The translations under genes were made by a program, and so were the position numbers. A stretch of DNA of 64,000 bases from positions 1 to 64,000 of the forward strand of contig NIVC01003777.1 of assembly GCA_002269645.1 (NCBI GenBank), read 5' to 3'. Origin of the DNA: Macrostomum lignano (taxonomy: Eukaryota). The notes beneath the pieces are model-generated. The model ran no database searches, had not been told where the DNA came from, and saw only the letters and a program-made list of their open reading frames with translations. Shown here piece by piece: positions 27,085 through 38,594 of the stretch (within the stretch, counting starts at the first letter, position 1; every line of letters starts with the position of its first letter).

Positions 27085-27303
27085 CTAGTCTGCAGCTTCC
27101 TCCTCAGCCACCAGTCTCTGCATGGTGCCCAGCGACACTCCAAGAATGTCCATAAACTGGTAGTGACTGTTGTATAGGGACACGTTAGTTCGTTTGATTC
27201 TACGTCTCAGCGATGGACTTTTATAAAATCCAATAGCATAGGACGCATATAGAACTGGTAGGCCGACAACATTGGCAAGGAATACTTGGTTGATTGTTGG
27301 CAT
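27085..27303 (-). CDS. Small single-TM protein, possibly CEBPZOS-like (72 aa)
   Basis: Hydrophobic N-terminus followed by SPSLRRRI...HYQFMDILG, whose spacing resembles the CEBPZOS family from memory; weak. Confidence 0.35.
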   Translation of the reverse strand: MPTINQVFLANVVGLPVLYASYAIGFYKSPSLRRRIKRTNVSLYNSHYQFMDILGVSLGTMQRLVAEEEAAD

Positions 27304-27560
27304 GATGGATCTGAAATGATTGCATCAGTTAGTATTGCAACAGTATAATAGAGACACAAAAACCTCTCATGGAATCTATAGGCCTTATGCAAACATTTTA
27401 AACCTAGGATTACTTAGAGTCTAGACACGCTATTAGCCATTGTCAAAGTCTAGAATCGAACTTAGGGTTGTGGCTCAAGAAGTGCACATATTTACTGCAA
27501 AGTTATACCAACCTCTTAAATAGGCCTATGCAATATAACTAAGTTAGGTTTCCATTTCTA

Positions 27561-27810
27561 GGGGTTGTAGCCTAGTGGTTAGAGCATGACTTGAAGGTCG
27601 GTGGTTCGATTCTTGATCTCACTGGAACGATATGTGACCTTGAGCAAGACACTCAACTCTGCATTGCTTCAGTTCACCCAGCTATAAAATGGGTGCCAGC
27701 ATTAGCTGGGGTAACTGAGGGTGTTTTTGTGACCCCCTATCTTTGGATTGAACAGCAATATGCAGCTTTTGGATGTGCTACACAATAGCTGGGGCTGAGC
27801 TGTTGGTTGC
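27561..27810 (+). mobile_element. CORE-type tRNA-derived SINE
   Basis: A box TAGCCTAGTGG, B box GGTTCGATTCT, core CCTTGAGCAAGACACTCAAC...CAGCTATAAAATGGG. Confidence 0.85.
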
Positions 27811-29344
27811 ACATTGGCCCAATTGGGTCAAGTATAATCCATTTTTTTCTTTTTTAGCACAAAAATTGTTATTGCTTTTGGTAGGAGGCTGACCCAATGT
27901 TCATCTTTTGATACCTTACTTATGGCTCTATTAATATTCATATAACTTTTTATTTATAAAACTAGTATTCTATGTTATTGTTAATTTTATAGCTTACATT
28001 CAATTGAACAAGTACTAGGGCCTAAAAAGCATAAAAATGGCATAGTGTAACTCATTGATTTTATGAATCTATTTTATCATTCTTATCTTAATGGCTACTT
28101 GTAATGGGTAGCCAATTGTGATAAGAACCTATTACAATTGGAACAAAGGTCAACAAAATCAGTTTTGTTTATCATTTTCTTGGAAAGATTGCAGTTATCT
28201 AATGTTCCAATAAAGCAAAGGAAAAATCCTAACTGGAATATATTTATCAATACTAGCAATAGTGCATAACTATTAAGTGACTTCAAAAGCCAGATTGCCA
28301 AGTCTAGGGAAACAAAATTCAAAAGTATTACAATGAGTTGAGTGATCCAAAGTGGCATCAAACAACAGTTTAAATCCTATAGATGGTAATGGTTAAAGAA
28401 AAGTAAATTTCTAAATCTATTTAGCTATATTATAAGAGCCCAGCTACCTAGGCCTATTAAATGCTATAGGCCTACCTCTATTATAGCTAAGGTCTAAACT
28501 ATGCTAGATACTTACATGTTAGACCATGCAAGCATAAGTCCCAAAGATCAATGATTTTGTATATACCTCATAATATCCCTACCATGTACCACTGCTATGC
28601 TGCACCATTGCTCAATGTGTTGCACTACCACCAAACACAATGCCAACTTCCATGCACTATGCCACTGCTAAAGACTAATTTGCATTAGATGTTGTCAATA
28701 ATAATGGCCATTGGCTACAATAGGCTTATGTACAACAATTAAGGCAATTAAAACCTATAAATGAAGCAGTTGTTGCTATTTTCCATGGAAGCTAAAGCAA
28801 CTATAAGTAACCAATTGCATATTATCAAGTATATAAAACCTTTAGTCAGTTCCATTCCTCTATAGTTTAGATCATTTATTAGTATATACCAAAGAAAATA
28901 GTAGGCCTATATATCCATATTTAGATGCCATGCAAAACTAAAAAATATTTTCATTATACATAGCAAAGTTATATACTTTTTTATATTTGTATAATATATT
29001 TTAAGGTATATCATTATCATATATACATATATATGTCTAGTCATATGCCAGGATATAGGCCTATACTTGGTATATACTAAAAATGGCAAGTAGCCTACCT
29101 ATTGTCCCTATTGAAATAACTACCCATATAGTGTACGTCCATCTGCCATACAAAGTTGTTAAATTTTGATATTATGGCTTATGCCATAGTCTATACTATT
29201 GCAAAATTAGTTATATTTATATATAAGTAAGTTATATATAACATTTAATATCATTTATTATACCTAAGCATAATATTTATAACCTATATTGCACATTAGC
29301 AAGATCTAAAATGGTATTCTAATAGGGCCCATTGTTGTAGGCCC

Positions 29345-29857
29345 TATACTAGGAAATCTGGCATAACTATGGTTTCATTCATTATATTATTTTATTTAAA
29401 AAGCAACAAGTTATTAGAGATTATGACAAACTGTACTTGGAAAAGTTCAGAAAAGATGACCCACTACCAAAAAAGTTCAAATTAGAGTTTGAAGTCACAA
29501 GAAAGATAATTAGAGGGGATAATAATGTGACATCCAGTAGAGAAAGTTGCCAAACACATTCTGTAGATATAGACGGCACCATAGAAATTCCTGTAGATGA
29601 GTTTTGAATAGACCATCACTTGTCCCATACATGTTGCGAAACTTTGGCTTGCAATGTGCCCACATTCCCTTGATAGTGTTTGTATAAACTGTTGGGTCTT
29701 GGGGGTCCACAAAATGGAGCCGGTGGTTTACAGATGCGTGGAATGATTATTGTAGGAGCCAGTGGTCATCTAGCCATTTCTTCGTGCACTGGAACAAATT
29801 TGAAACAAGAAATAATATAATGAACAAAGCCATAGTTATGCCAGAAATCCTAGTATA
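29345..29857 (-). mobile_element. 513-bp TIR element carrying an IS1595/Merlin-like transposase remnant
   Basis: 48-bp inverted repeats at 29345-29392 and 29810-29857 (5 mismatches); internal VNH..FVDP..YTNTIKGMW..K..GTS....HLQEFLW. Confidence 0.75.
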
Positions 29858-30525
29858 CATGTCACGTTACCATCCAAACTATGGAGTTAGCTTTGATTCT
29901 AGGCCTTAGCCTAATAGGCAAATGCCTTTGCACTAAGGCCCCTATAAAGCTAGAATTTGTACTATCGATCATAGTAGGCCCAGGCCTAGTAATTATAAGC
30001 AAGAGATGACACAAACATTAAGTATTTTAATGATATATATTGCTTTAATGAGTAGTAAATAATATTAAAACAGATAAAAAAATAAATTTTACACTGGAAA
30101 TTATATTGTTTTGAGAATTCAAACATCCTAAAAAATTCAATGTTTATTTAATCAAAGCCTTGCAACCTTTGATTTGCTTAGGTAAACCCAACCTAATTTT
30201 TACAGCACTATTTCTAAACTATCTTATGAGTTATGACAAAAGCCCATATTTGTCATCATTAGGCCTAATGTTCTGCACTGCCTGAAAAATATGTGCAATG
30301 CCCTCGCAAAAAACAGAATCATTTCAATAGAGACAAGCAAACAGAATGGCAAGATCTGGTTGACTTCTACTAAAAGGGACGATAGCTTATTATATTCGAC
30401 AGCTTAAGACTGTCAGATTTGGCTGACTGAGCAATATGTATTTCAATGTCTGATTGGGTCTAATTGATAAGCATCTATTTTGTACTAAATATAAATAGTG
30501 CTATGATATTTTTACAACCTTCTAC

Positions 30526-31534
30526 ATGCAGGGATTCCCCGAGCGATATTCAAGATCGATATTCGGAAATAACAAAAATCTCTGCTTTTAAAGCACCAAA
30601 CGCCATGATTTTTTACAGAAGAAACATCACCCACGAGATAAACCGACTTAAAAAAAATTACGGCTACAGATTGAAAGGATTTTTTACAATTTGCCAAAAA
30701 CTGGTGCTTCCCTATCTCCACAATGCATTAGATTGATATTCGATTTCTTAGTGTCTGGGTGAAGTCCTGCATGTCAATTTTCAGCGACAGAGAGCAAGCA
30801 GAAGTACTCGAAATCGAATATCAATCTAATAATGCATTGTGGAGATAGGAACATCAGTTTTTCTCGAATAGTTCTCGAGCATGAAGCTTTGAGTTCGGTT
30901 TGAGTTATGATAATCGCTTAGTGTCTGGGTGAAGTCCTGCATGTCAATTTTCAGCGACAGAGAGCAAGCAGAAGTACTCGAAATCGAATATCAATCTAAT
31001 GCATTGTGGAGATAGGAACATCAGTTTTTCTCGAATAGTTCTCGAGCATGAAGCTTTGAGTTCGGTTTGAGTTATGATAATCGCTTAGTGTCTGGGTGAA
31101 GTCCTGCATGTCAATTTTCAGCGACAGAGAGCAAGCAGAAGTACTCGAAATCGAATATCAATCTAATGCATTGTGGAGATAGGAACATCAGTTTTTCTCG
31201 AATAGTTCTCGAGCATGAAGCTTTGAGTTCGGTTTGAGTTATGATAATCGCTTAGTGTCTGGGTGAAGTCCTGCATGTCAATTTTCAGCGACAAAGAGCA
31301 AGCAGAAGTACTCGAAATCGAATATCAACTAAATGCATTGTGGAGATAGGGAAGCACCAGTTTTTGGCAAATTGTAAAAAATCCTTTCAATCTGTAGCCG
31401 TAATTTTTTTAAGTCGGTTTATCTCGTGGGTGATGTTTCTTCTGTAAAAAATCATGGCGTTTGGTGCTTTAAAAGCAGAGATTTTTGTTATTTCCGAATA
31501 TCGATCTTGAATATCGCTCGGGGAATCCCTGCAT
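30526..31534. mobile_element. Non-autonomous foldback/MULE-like element with ~220-bp TIRs and 9-bp TSD
   Basis: ATGCAGGGATTCCCC...GGGGAATCCCTGCAT termini; ACCTTCTAC duplicated at 30517-30525 and 31535-31543; internal 167-bp tandem units from 30748. Confidence 0.88.
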
Positions 31535-31909
31535 ACCTTCTACACTATGCATTAAAAATGCATCTTTGATTTAATTATATATATATATTCAGATTCTCTA
31601 ATTTTAACGACTTCGAAAAGCGGACGGCGGACTTGGTCGAAAATTATAATATAACGCCAGTCATTCAGGGGAGTTTAAATTAGTTTGTTACATTCAAAAC
31701 ATTTTTTAGCTTTTGTTTTGCAGGATTACTCAGTGAAAAGTTATCGTTCTATCGCACAACAATGCTGTCAAAAATCCATCTGGATCATAAAGATTCCAAA
31801 TTACTTTCCGGTGGCTTTGTTATCTTGACATCCCCTTCCAATCATCGCAGGCCTATTTAAAATTACCGTGCATTTGCATGTTGGAAAGAGCAGTAGTAAA
31901 GTCCGTGCC

Positions 31910-31943
<34 letters not shown>

Positions 31944-32039
31944 AGCAACAGCAGCATTGCTTCCCTTTTTGCCGCGGTCGCGACGGGCGACGCAACTTTG
32001 AAAAATCTATGATAAATCATATAACATCAACGTAACATC

Positions 32040-32310
32040 CAGGCGCGTCGCCATAGATTTTATGGTTCGGGGACAAAAGCCAAGAATTCTACATGTACCT
32101 TATTTTCAGAATTGGTGTTATCAGCGATCATTTTAGCGCTGCAGGCACTCATTTTAGGTTTTTTTCGCACTGAAGCAAAATTATTGATTTGCATACAACA
32201 GGTCAATAATAAAGGTGGGGTAAGGGGGACAAAGCATACTCGAAATGTGTCCCCCCCAAAACTTTTACTGACAGGACATGTCCCAACTCCCGCCTGGTGG
32301 CGACGCCCCG
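32040..32310 (+). mobile_element. hAT-like MITE (same family as 43923-44210)
   Basis: CAGGCGCGTCGCCA...TGGCGACGCCCCG termini; degenerate flanking duplication GTAACATC/GAACATC. Confidence 0.7.
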
Positions 32311-33647
32311 GAACATCACATGAAGTAAACTCAAGCGAAATTAATAAGTGTTGATAATAGTACATGCTCACATTCATTTTTACCTGCTGTTATTTGTTTG
32401 TTAAATCAGTGAGGTGAGACGGGTCTGCCAGGCCGCAACATTTCAGCATAGTTTTAGCGCAGCGGGCGAGATTTATTTCAATGAGAATGGCACTCTCATT
32501 TTCGCTAAGGGGTCAGCTGACTCCATTGTCCTCCTCTGAATGGCTCTAATCCAGGAGTCTTCAACTCATACAGGTGAATTTTGCGTCCATCCACAACGTT
32601 AAAAATATGTTTCTGTTCTGTAATTTTAGGAGCTTTTGATTTTAGCTGTTCGAATATCTTATTTTTAAACCTAAAAATTAAAAAAAATATTGAGCATTCT
32701 GGAGCAGCACTCTTCTTACTGATTAAAACCTGTTTCTGCAAATATATTTGAATTTTTTAGTTGTTTAAATCCATTGATGGTTTTCGGCCTTTCGGCCCCC
32801 TTTTGGGGAAGCCTTCGGGCCTCAGGTCGCAGAAATAAATCAATTAGAGTCCTGGCCCCCCACTCCTGTCAGATGGTCAGCCCCATGGTAGCTTGATCGT
32901 GTGGCGAGCAGTCTAGGTCCTATAGCTAAGAGAGGGACAGCGAGAGACAAGCAGGGAGGATTTTGAAGGTAGAGATTAGCTAATCCGCAGATTAACTAAC
33001 CCGCTGCCATCAGCCCGTGCGTCCTGGCTCACCAAACCGGGACTTTCGAAATCGGGCTTCCGACTAGAGGGGGCTTGGCACTTACCTGCCAACTAGTGTC
33101 TTTTTGATGTCAATCTCGAAGTCACAGCCGATGATAAGGGACACTGCTGGGACTTGATCGCATTGGCCATGCAGGTACAGAGGGGACTTGTGCAGGGGAT
33201 TCTTGCAGTGGCGAGACTATTGGGGTAGCTACATGTACTATTACATTGCTAAATACGAAGAATTGTACTTTTGGCCTTAGACGCGCCAACTAGCTTCTCG
33301 TAGCGCTGATGATAGGCTAACTCGAACATCGGAGACCGCATGATTCATTACCATGATGCATGATGCATAGCAGATTCATGGTAGCAGAATAGGCCTGGAA
33401 ATTAATTTGTTCCATCTATTTTGTACAAATCACGACAAATTTCAAAACGCAGGTTTACAATCTACTGAATGATAGACTGTTGCAAAGAGAAACATCTTGT
33501 AGAATCTGCTAATACTTTTCTTACTGTACATTTTGCACTAAACCAAACTTGGACGTAGTTATGTGGAATTGATTTAAAGCTTAAAGTTCTAAATTTAATT
33601 CTTATCAGCATTAAGGCTGGTGGGATTTATGCTTTATGGATCAGTGG

Positions 33648-35418
33648 AGACAGGTACCATCATATTAAGGATCGGGAGAGACAGGTAACGTCTGTATTAA
33701 GGATCGGGGCAGACAAGTACCATCTATATTAAGGATTGGGCAGACAGGTACCATCTATATTAAGGATCGGGGCAGACAGGTACCATCTATATTAAGGATT
33801 GGGCAGACAGGTACCATCTGTATTAAGGATTGGGCAGACAGGTACCATCTGTATTAAGGATCGGAGCAGACAGGTACCATCTATATTAAGGATCGGGGCA
33901 GACAGGTACCATCTGTATTAAGGATCGGGGCAGACAGGTACCATCTGTATTAAGGATCGGGGCAGACAGGTACCATCTGTATTAAGGATTGGGCAGACAG
34001 GTACCATCTATATTAAGGATCAGGGCAGACAGGTACCATCTGTATTAAGGATTGGGCAGACAGGTACCATCTATATTAAGGATCGGGGCAGACAGGTACC
34101 ATCTATATTAAGGATTGGGCAGACAGGTACCATCTGTATTAAGGATTGGGCAGACAGGTACCATCTGTATTAAGGATTGGGCAGACAGGTACCATCTATA
34201 TTAAGGATCGGGGCAGACAGGTACCATCTGTATTAAGGATCGGGGCAGACAGGTACCATCTGTATTAAGGATCAGGGCAGACAGGTACCATCTGTATTAA
34301 GGATCGGGACAGACAGGTACCATCTGTATTAAGGATTGGGCAGACAGGTACCATCTATATTAAGGATTGGGGCAGACAGGTACCATCTGTATTAAGGATC
34401 AGGACAGACAGGTACAGGTACCATCTGTATTAAGGATTGGGTAGACAGGTACCATCTGTATTAAGGATTGGGCAGACAGGTACCATCTATATTAAGGATC
34501 AGGGCAGACAGGTACCATCTGTATTAAGGATCGGGACAGACAGGTACCATCTGTATTAAGGATTGGGCAGACAGGTACCATCTGTATTAAGGATCGGGGC
34601 AGACAGGTACCATCTGTATTAAGGATTGGGCAGACAGGTACCATCTATATTAAGGATCGGGGCAGACAGGTACCATCTGTATTAAGGATCGGGGCAGACA
34701 GGTACCATCTGTATTAAGGATCGGGGCAGACAGGTACCATCTGTATTAAGGATTGGGTAGACAGGTACCATCTATATTAAGGATCGGGGCAGACAGGTAC
34801 CATCTGTATTAAGGATTGGGCAGACAGGTACCATCTATATTAAGGATTGGGGCAGACAGGTACCATCTGTATTAAGGATCAGGACAGACAGGTACAGGTA
34901 CCATCTATATTAAGGATCAGGACAGACAGGTACCATCTGTATTAAGGATTGGGCAGACAGGTACCATCTGTATTAAGGATTGGGCAGACAGGTACCATCT
35001 ATATTAAGGATCAGGACAGACAGGTACAGGTACCATCTATATTAAGGATCGGGGCAGACAGGTACCATCTGTATTAAGGATCAGGACAGACAGGTACAGG
35101 TACCATCTGTATTAAGGATTGGGTAGACAGGTACCATCTATATTAAGGATCGGGGCAGACAGGTACCATCTGTATTAAGGATCGGGGCAGACAGGTACCA
35201 TCTATATTAAGGATCAGGACAGACAGGTACCATCTGTATTAAGGATCGGGGCAGACAGGTACCATCTATATTAAGGATCAGGACAGACAGGTACCATCTG
35301 TATTAAGGATTGGGCAGACAGGTACCATCTATATTAAGGATCGGGGCAGACAGGTACCATCTATATTAAGGATTGGGCAGACAGGTACCATCTGTATTAA
35401 GGATTGGGTAGACAGGTA
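33648..35418. repeat. ~32-33-bp minisatellite, ~1.77 kb
   Basis: Unit GACAGGTACCATCT(G/A)TATTAAGGAT(C/T)GGGGCA. Confidence 0.97.
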
Positions 35419-35498
35419 GAAGGATCAAGGTAGGCAGGAAGCGACTCACTGAATAATTGGGTCCATCAGTTTCAAGTTCTATCTATACAATATATAAC

Positions 35499-36499
35499 TT
35501 AGGACTCAGAGATGATGTGAAAGTCTAGCGAAGTCTCTGGCTGCGGCTGCACCAGCAGGATCGGCAGGATGAAGGCGGCTGCCAGAGCGGCAGTCAGCGC
35601 GCTGAGCAGCAGGGAGCCGCCGGCGTACCGTCCGGCTTTGAAGGCCGTCAGGGCAGCCAGTTCGAACTCGCTGCGAGCGAAATACGAGCGAGAATAGCGG
35701 CAGCTTTGAATGGCCCGGAGCGCCAGGTTCATGCCGCAGCCCAGCTCCATGAGGAACAGGTAGGGCGCCAGCAGCAACTGTACAATGAGGCTGGCCACGC
35801 ACAGCCAGTAGTAGTCTATGGGGGGCCTGTTGGGCCCCACGTTAAACAGCCGGGCATAGGCGATTGGGCTCTTCTTTTGCGATACGTCCTCCAGAACGTA
35901 GTCTGAGCTGGGGTCCTCGTCATCTGAGACTGTTGGGTTTGGTTGGTGTGAGTTGATTTGGGTGGATGAGTTTTAGTGAATGGTTTTGGGTGAATGAATA
36001 TGGATAAATCGGTTTGGGTGAATGTGTTTGGGTGAATAACTTTTAGTGAATGGTTTTGGGTGAATGAGTTTTGGTGATTGGGTTTGGGTGAATGAGTTTG
36101 GGTGATTGGGTTTGGGTGATTGGGTTTGGGTGATTGGGTTTGGGTGATTGGGTTTGGGTGATTGGGTTTGGGTGATTGGGTTTGGGTGATTGGGTTTGGG
36201 TGATTGGGTTTGGGTGATTGGGTTTGGGTGATTGGGTTTGGGTGATTGGGTTTGGGTGATTGGGTATATGTGAATAATAAGTCTGAGCTGAATACGTTCT
36301 GTAATTCATGAGTTCTTCAATTGGCAAGAACGCCGGGCCCAAACCATATGCACGCGGCGACCAGCTCACCTATGTTATTGAGCTGCACGTACTTTCCGTG
36401 CTCGGCGGCGGTCTGCCCGTCCATGCCGAATGCAGTCGCCGCAGGCGTGGCAGCCGGGGAAACTGAAGGCTCCGTTGATTCCGGCTGTTGATGACTCAT
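35499..36499 (-). CDS. CD225/dispanin-like membrane protein (~186 aa, 2 exons)
   Basis: Exons 36499-36370 and 35929-35499 (phase 1, GT-AG). PPIDYYWLCVASL...ALRAIQSCRYSRSYFARSEFELA..A..A followed by a second hydrophobic segment. Confidence 0.55.
36075..36265. repeat. 14-bp G-tract minisatellite (TGGGTTTGGGTGAT)n in the CD225-like intron
   Basis: Direct inspection. Confidence 0.93.
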
Positions 36500-37262
36500 C
36501 AATCGATGGGGACAGGGGTGACAGCTGAGCGCAATCGCTGCTTTATAGTTTAGGTGACAGGCCAAAATCTGTATTGCATAAAACGCAGGTGGCTCCAGCT
36601 TTTAAACTGCACTACAAGGTACATTAAAATATCTGTTTCAATTCTTTGCCTACGCAGTGAAATACTCATTTTGTGTTTGCAAAGGTACATAATTTTCCTG
36701 TACTGCAAAGATAAACAAACTGTGCGCTAAACCGCATGCAGGTTGGGCTACTGAGATCAAACCTATGGTGAATTCTTATCTTAGCCAGGCTGCAGCTGAA
36801 ACCGCAGTTGTACAGCTCTGGTGAAATTGGCATATTTTACATGAACTTTTCAGAACTAATGAGCTACGTGTGGTGTTTAAGTAGGACTGGTACGACAGGA
36901 CTGACTTGGCCGAGGAGAGAGATTCTCAGAAATGACATTCTAATTCTTATAAGGGGACCGAGGGTAGAATTCTTATCTGCGTTTGATTGTGATTTATACA
37001 GTGGATGGATTTTCTGACTAGTAAAAGACAACTCAAGTAGCAGCTAAAGGACGCTCGACACTCTACAAATTGGGCCGGCAGATTTCACTGGAGCCGCTCC
37101 AAAATGCAGTAGCAAGAAAAAATTTTTCAGTTTTTCCGTTCTAGTCTCTCAAGAATTCAGTCATCACTCCAGACTCCGTCGCCACCTTCAGCAGGTGGCT
37201 CCTGGTGTCTATGGACAATTGTGCAGGTGTAATCGATTATTGTTATTATTAAAGGGTGGATG

Positions 37263-37957
37263 CACAGAACTTACACAGAATGCTCAATCAGCGATTTAAT
37301 GAAATTAAACTGCGTAGAAAAAGGTATGCGTACAAACTACTAATCCGGTGAAGAAACATAAGTAGCCATAGACATAGCCATCATGGAGCAAATCTTTCTT
37401 GGCAGTGACAAATCCTATTTCCAACAGAAAGGCGTTGGCAAAGACCTTCAGCGAAAATTTGCTGCAGCGAATCAGCCCGCTCTCAATCTGCACATTGAGT
37501 CCCATTCGGTAAGTTGTGCAATCAGCTTTGCAGCGCTGTATTGCCGCCTACGGCTGCACCATTGGTGCAGCAATCAACGACGGGAAACTCAAAGGCAAAG
37601 GAAGAGGAAGCAAGTGTTCGGCGCAGACGCAGTGAGCAAGAAATTTTTGCGAATGAACGTTGGCAACTAATGGCAGTGCTTTAATGACACTTTTCCGTTT
37701 TTTATCCAACTTTTTGAGTTGCATCACTTCAAAACTTTTTGTGCTCCAGTTTAACTGGTTTCTACGTTTCACGTTTCGATTGCTGCATGGTTTCTGGTTA
37801 CTGACTTAATAAATCAGGCGGTCTTGTGCTACACACTTGAGTATTAGTCTATGGCTACTTATGTTTCTTCACCGGATTAGTAGTTTGTACGCATATCTAT
37901 TTCTACGCAGTTTAATTTCATTAAATCGCTGATTGAGCATTCTGTGTAAGTTCTGTG
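37263..37957. mobile_element. Non-autonomous TIR element with ~110-bp TIRs and 8-bp TSD (P- or hAT-like)
   Basis: CACAGAACTTAC...GTAAGTTCTGTG termini; GGTGGATG at 37255-37262 and 37958-37965. Confidence 0.85.
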
Positions 37958-37965
37958 GGTGGATG

Positions 37966-38205
37966 TGCAACCAACAGCTCAGTCGCAGCTATTGCGCGGC
38001 GCATCTGAAGGCTGCGTACGGCTGTTCAGTCCAAGGACTGGGGGGTCGCCACACACCCTCAATTACCCCAGCTAATGCTGGCACCCATTTTACAGCTGGG
38101 TGAACTGAAGTAATACAGAGAATTAAGTGTCTTGTTCAAGAACATAATTTGTTCCGAGTAGGTCGAGAATCGAACCCCCGACTTTTCAGTCGTGAGTCCG
38201 ACGCA
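37966..38205 (-). mobile_element. CORE-type SINE, 5'-truncated
   Basis: Body nearly identical to the SINE at 6251-6558; B box retained, A box missing. Confidence 0.85.
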
Positions 38206-38594
38206 GATGCGATCTCGATTCGGCAATAAGAGTTGAAACCGTTAAGTTCCCTCCTTTTTAACAAACGAAAGGATATATTTGCTGTTTAATTATCTTTTCC
38301 ACAACTCGTAGTTTGCAAAAGTTGGAACAGATGTGTTTACTTATGCGTTTCCTCTTGTTGAAGCAAAGGAATCAGGGTTCCAGGGCTTTGGAATACCAGT
38401 ATTACGCATAAAAACACTTAATTCGAACAAACGGAAGAAAATGTTATGCATGTGCTTCATATGATTTAAGCATTGAAAATCTGAAGGGGAAACAGACTTC
38501 GTAGCAATAAGCAGTATGCTAAATAATTTTCCTGTTTTAAGGAGTCTCCATAACATCTACTTTTTGCACTTTTTTCTCCTTTTGCCAGCATCAG

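Noticed and set aside
27561-27625. tRNA gene
   Set aside because: A and B boxes are followed by a SINE core and tail found at four loci; no complete cloverleaf.
28095-28361. 88-aa hydrophobic ORF
   Set aside because: AT-rich sequence readily gives hydrophobic ORFs; no motif or splice support.
36043-36369. NHPNPITQTQSPK repeat ORF
   Set aside because: Translation of the 14-bp intronic minisatellite.
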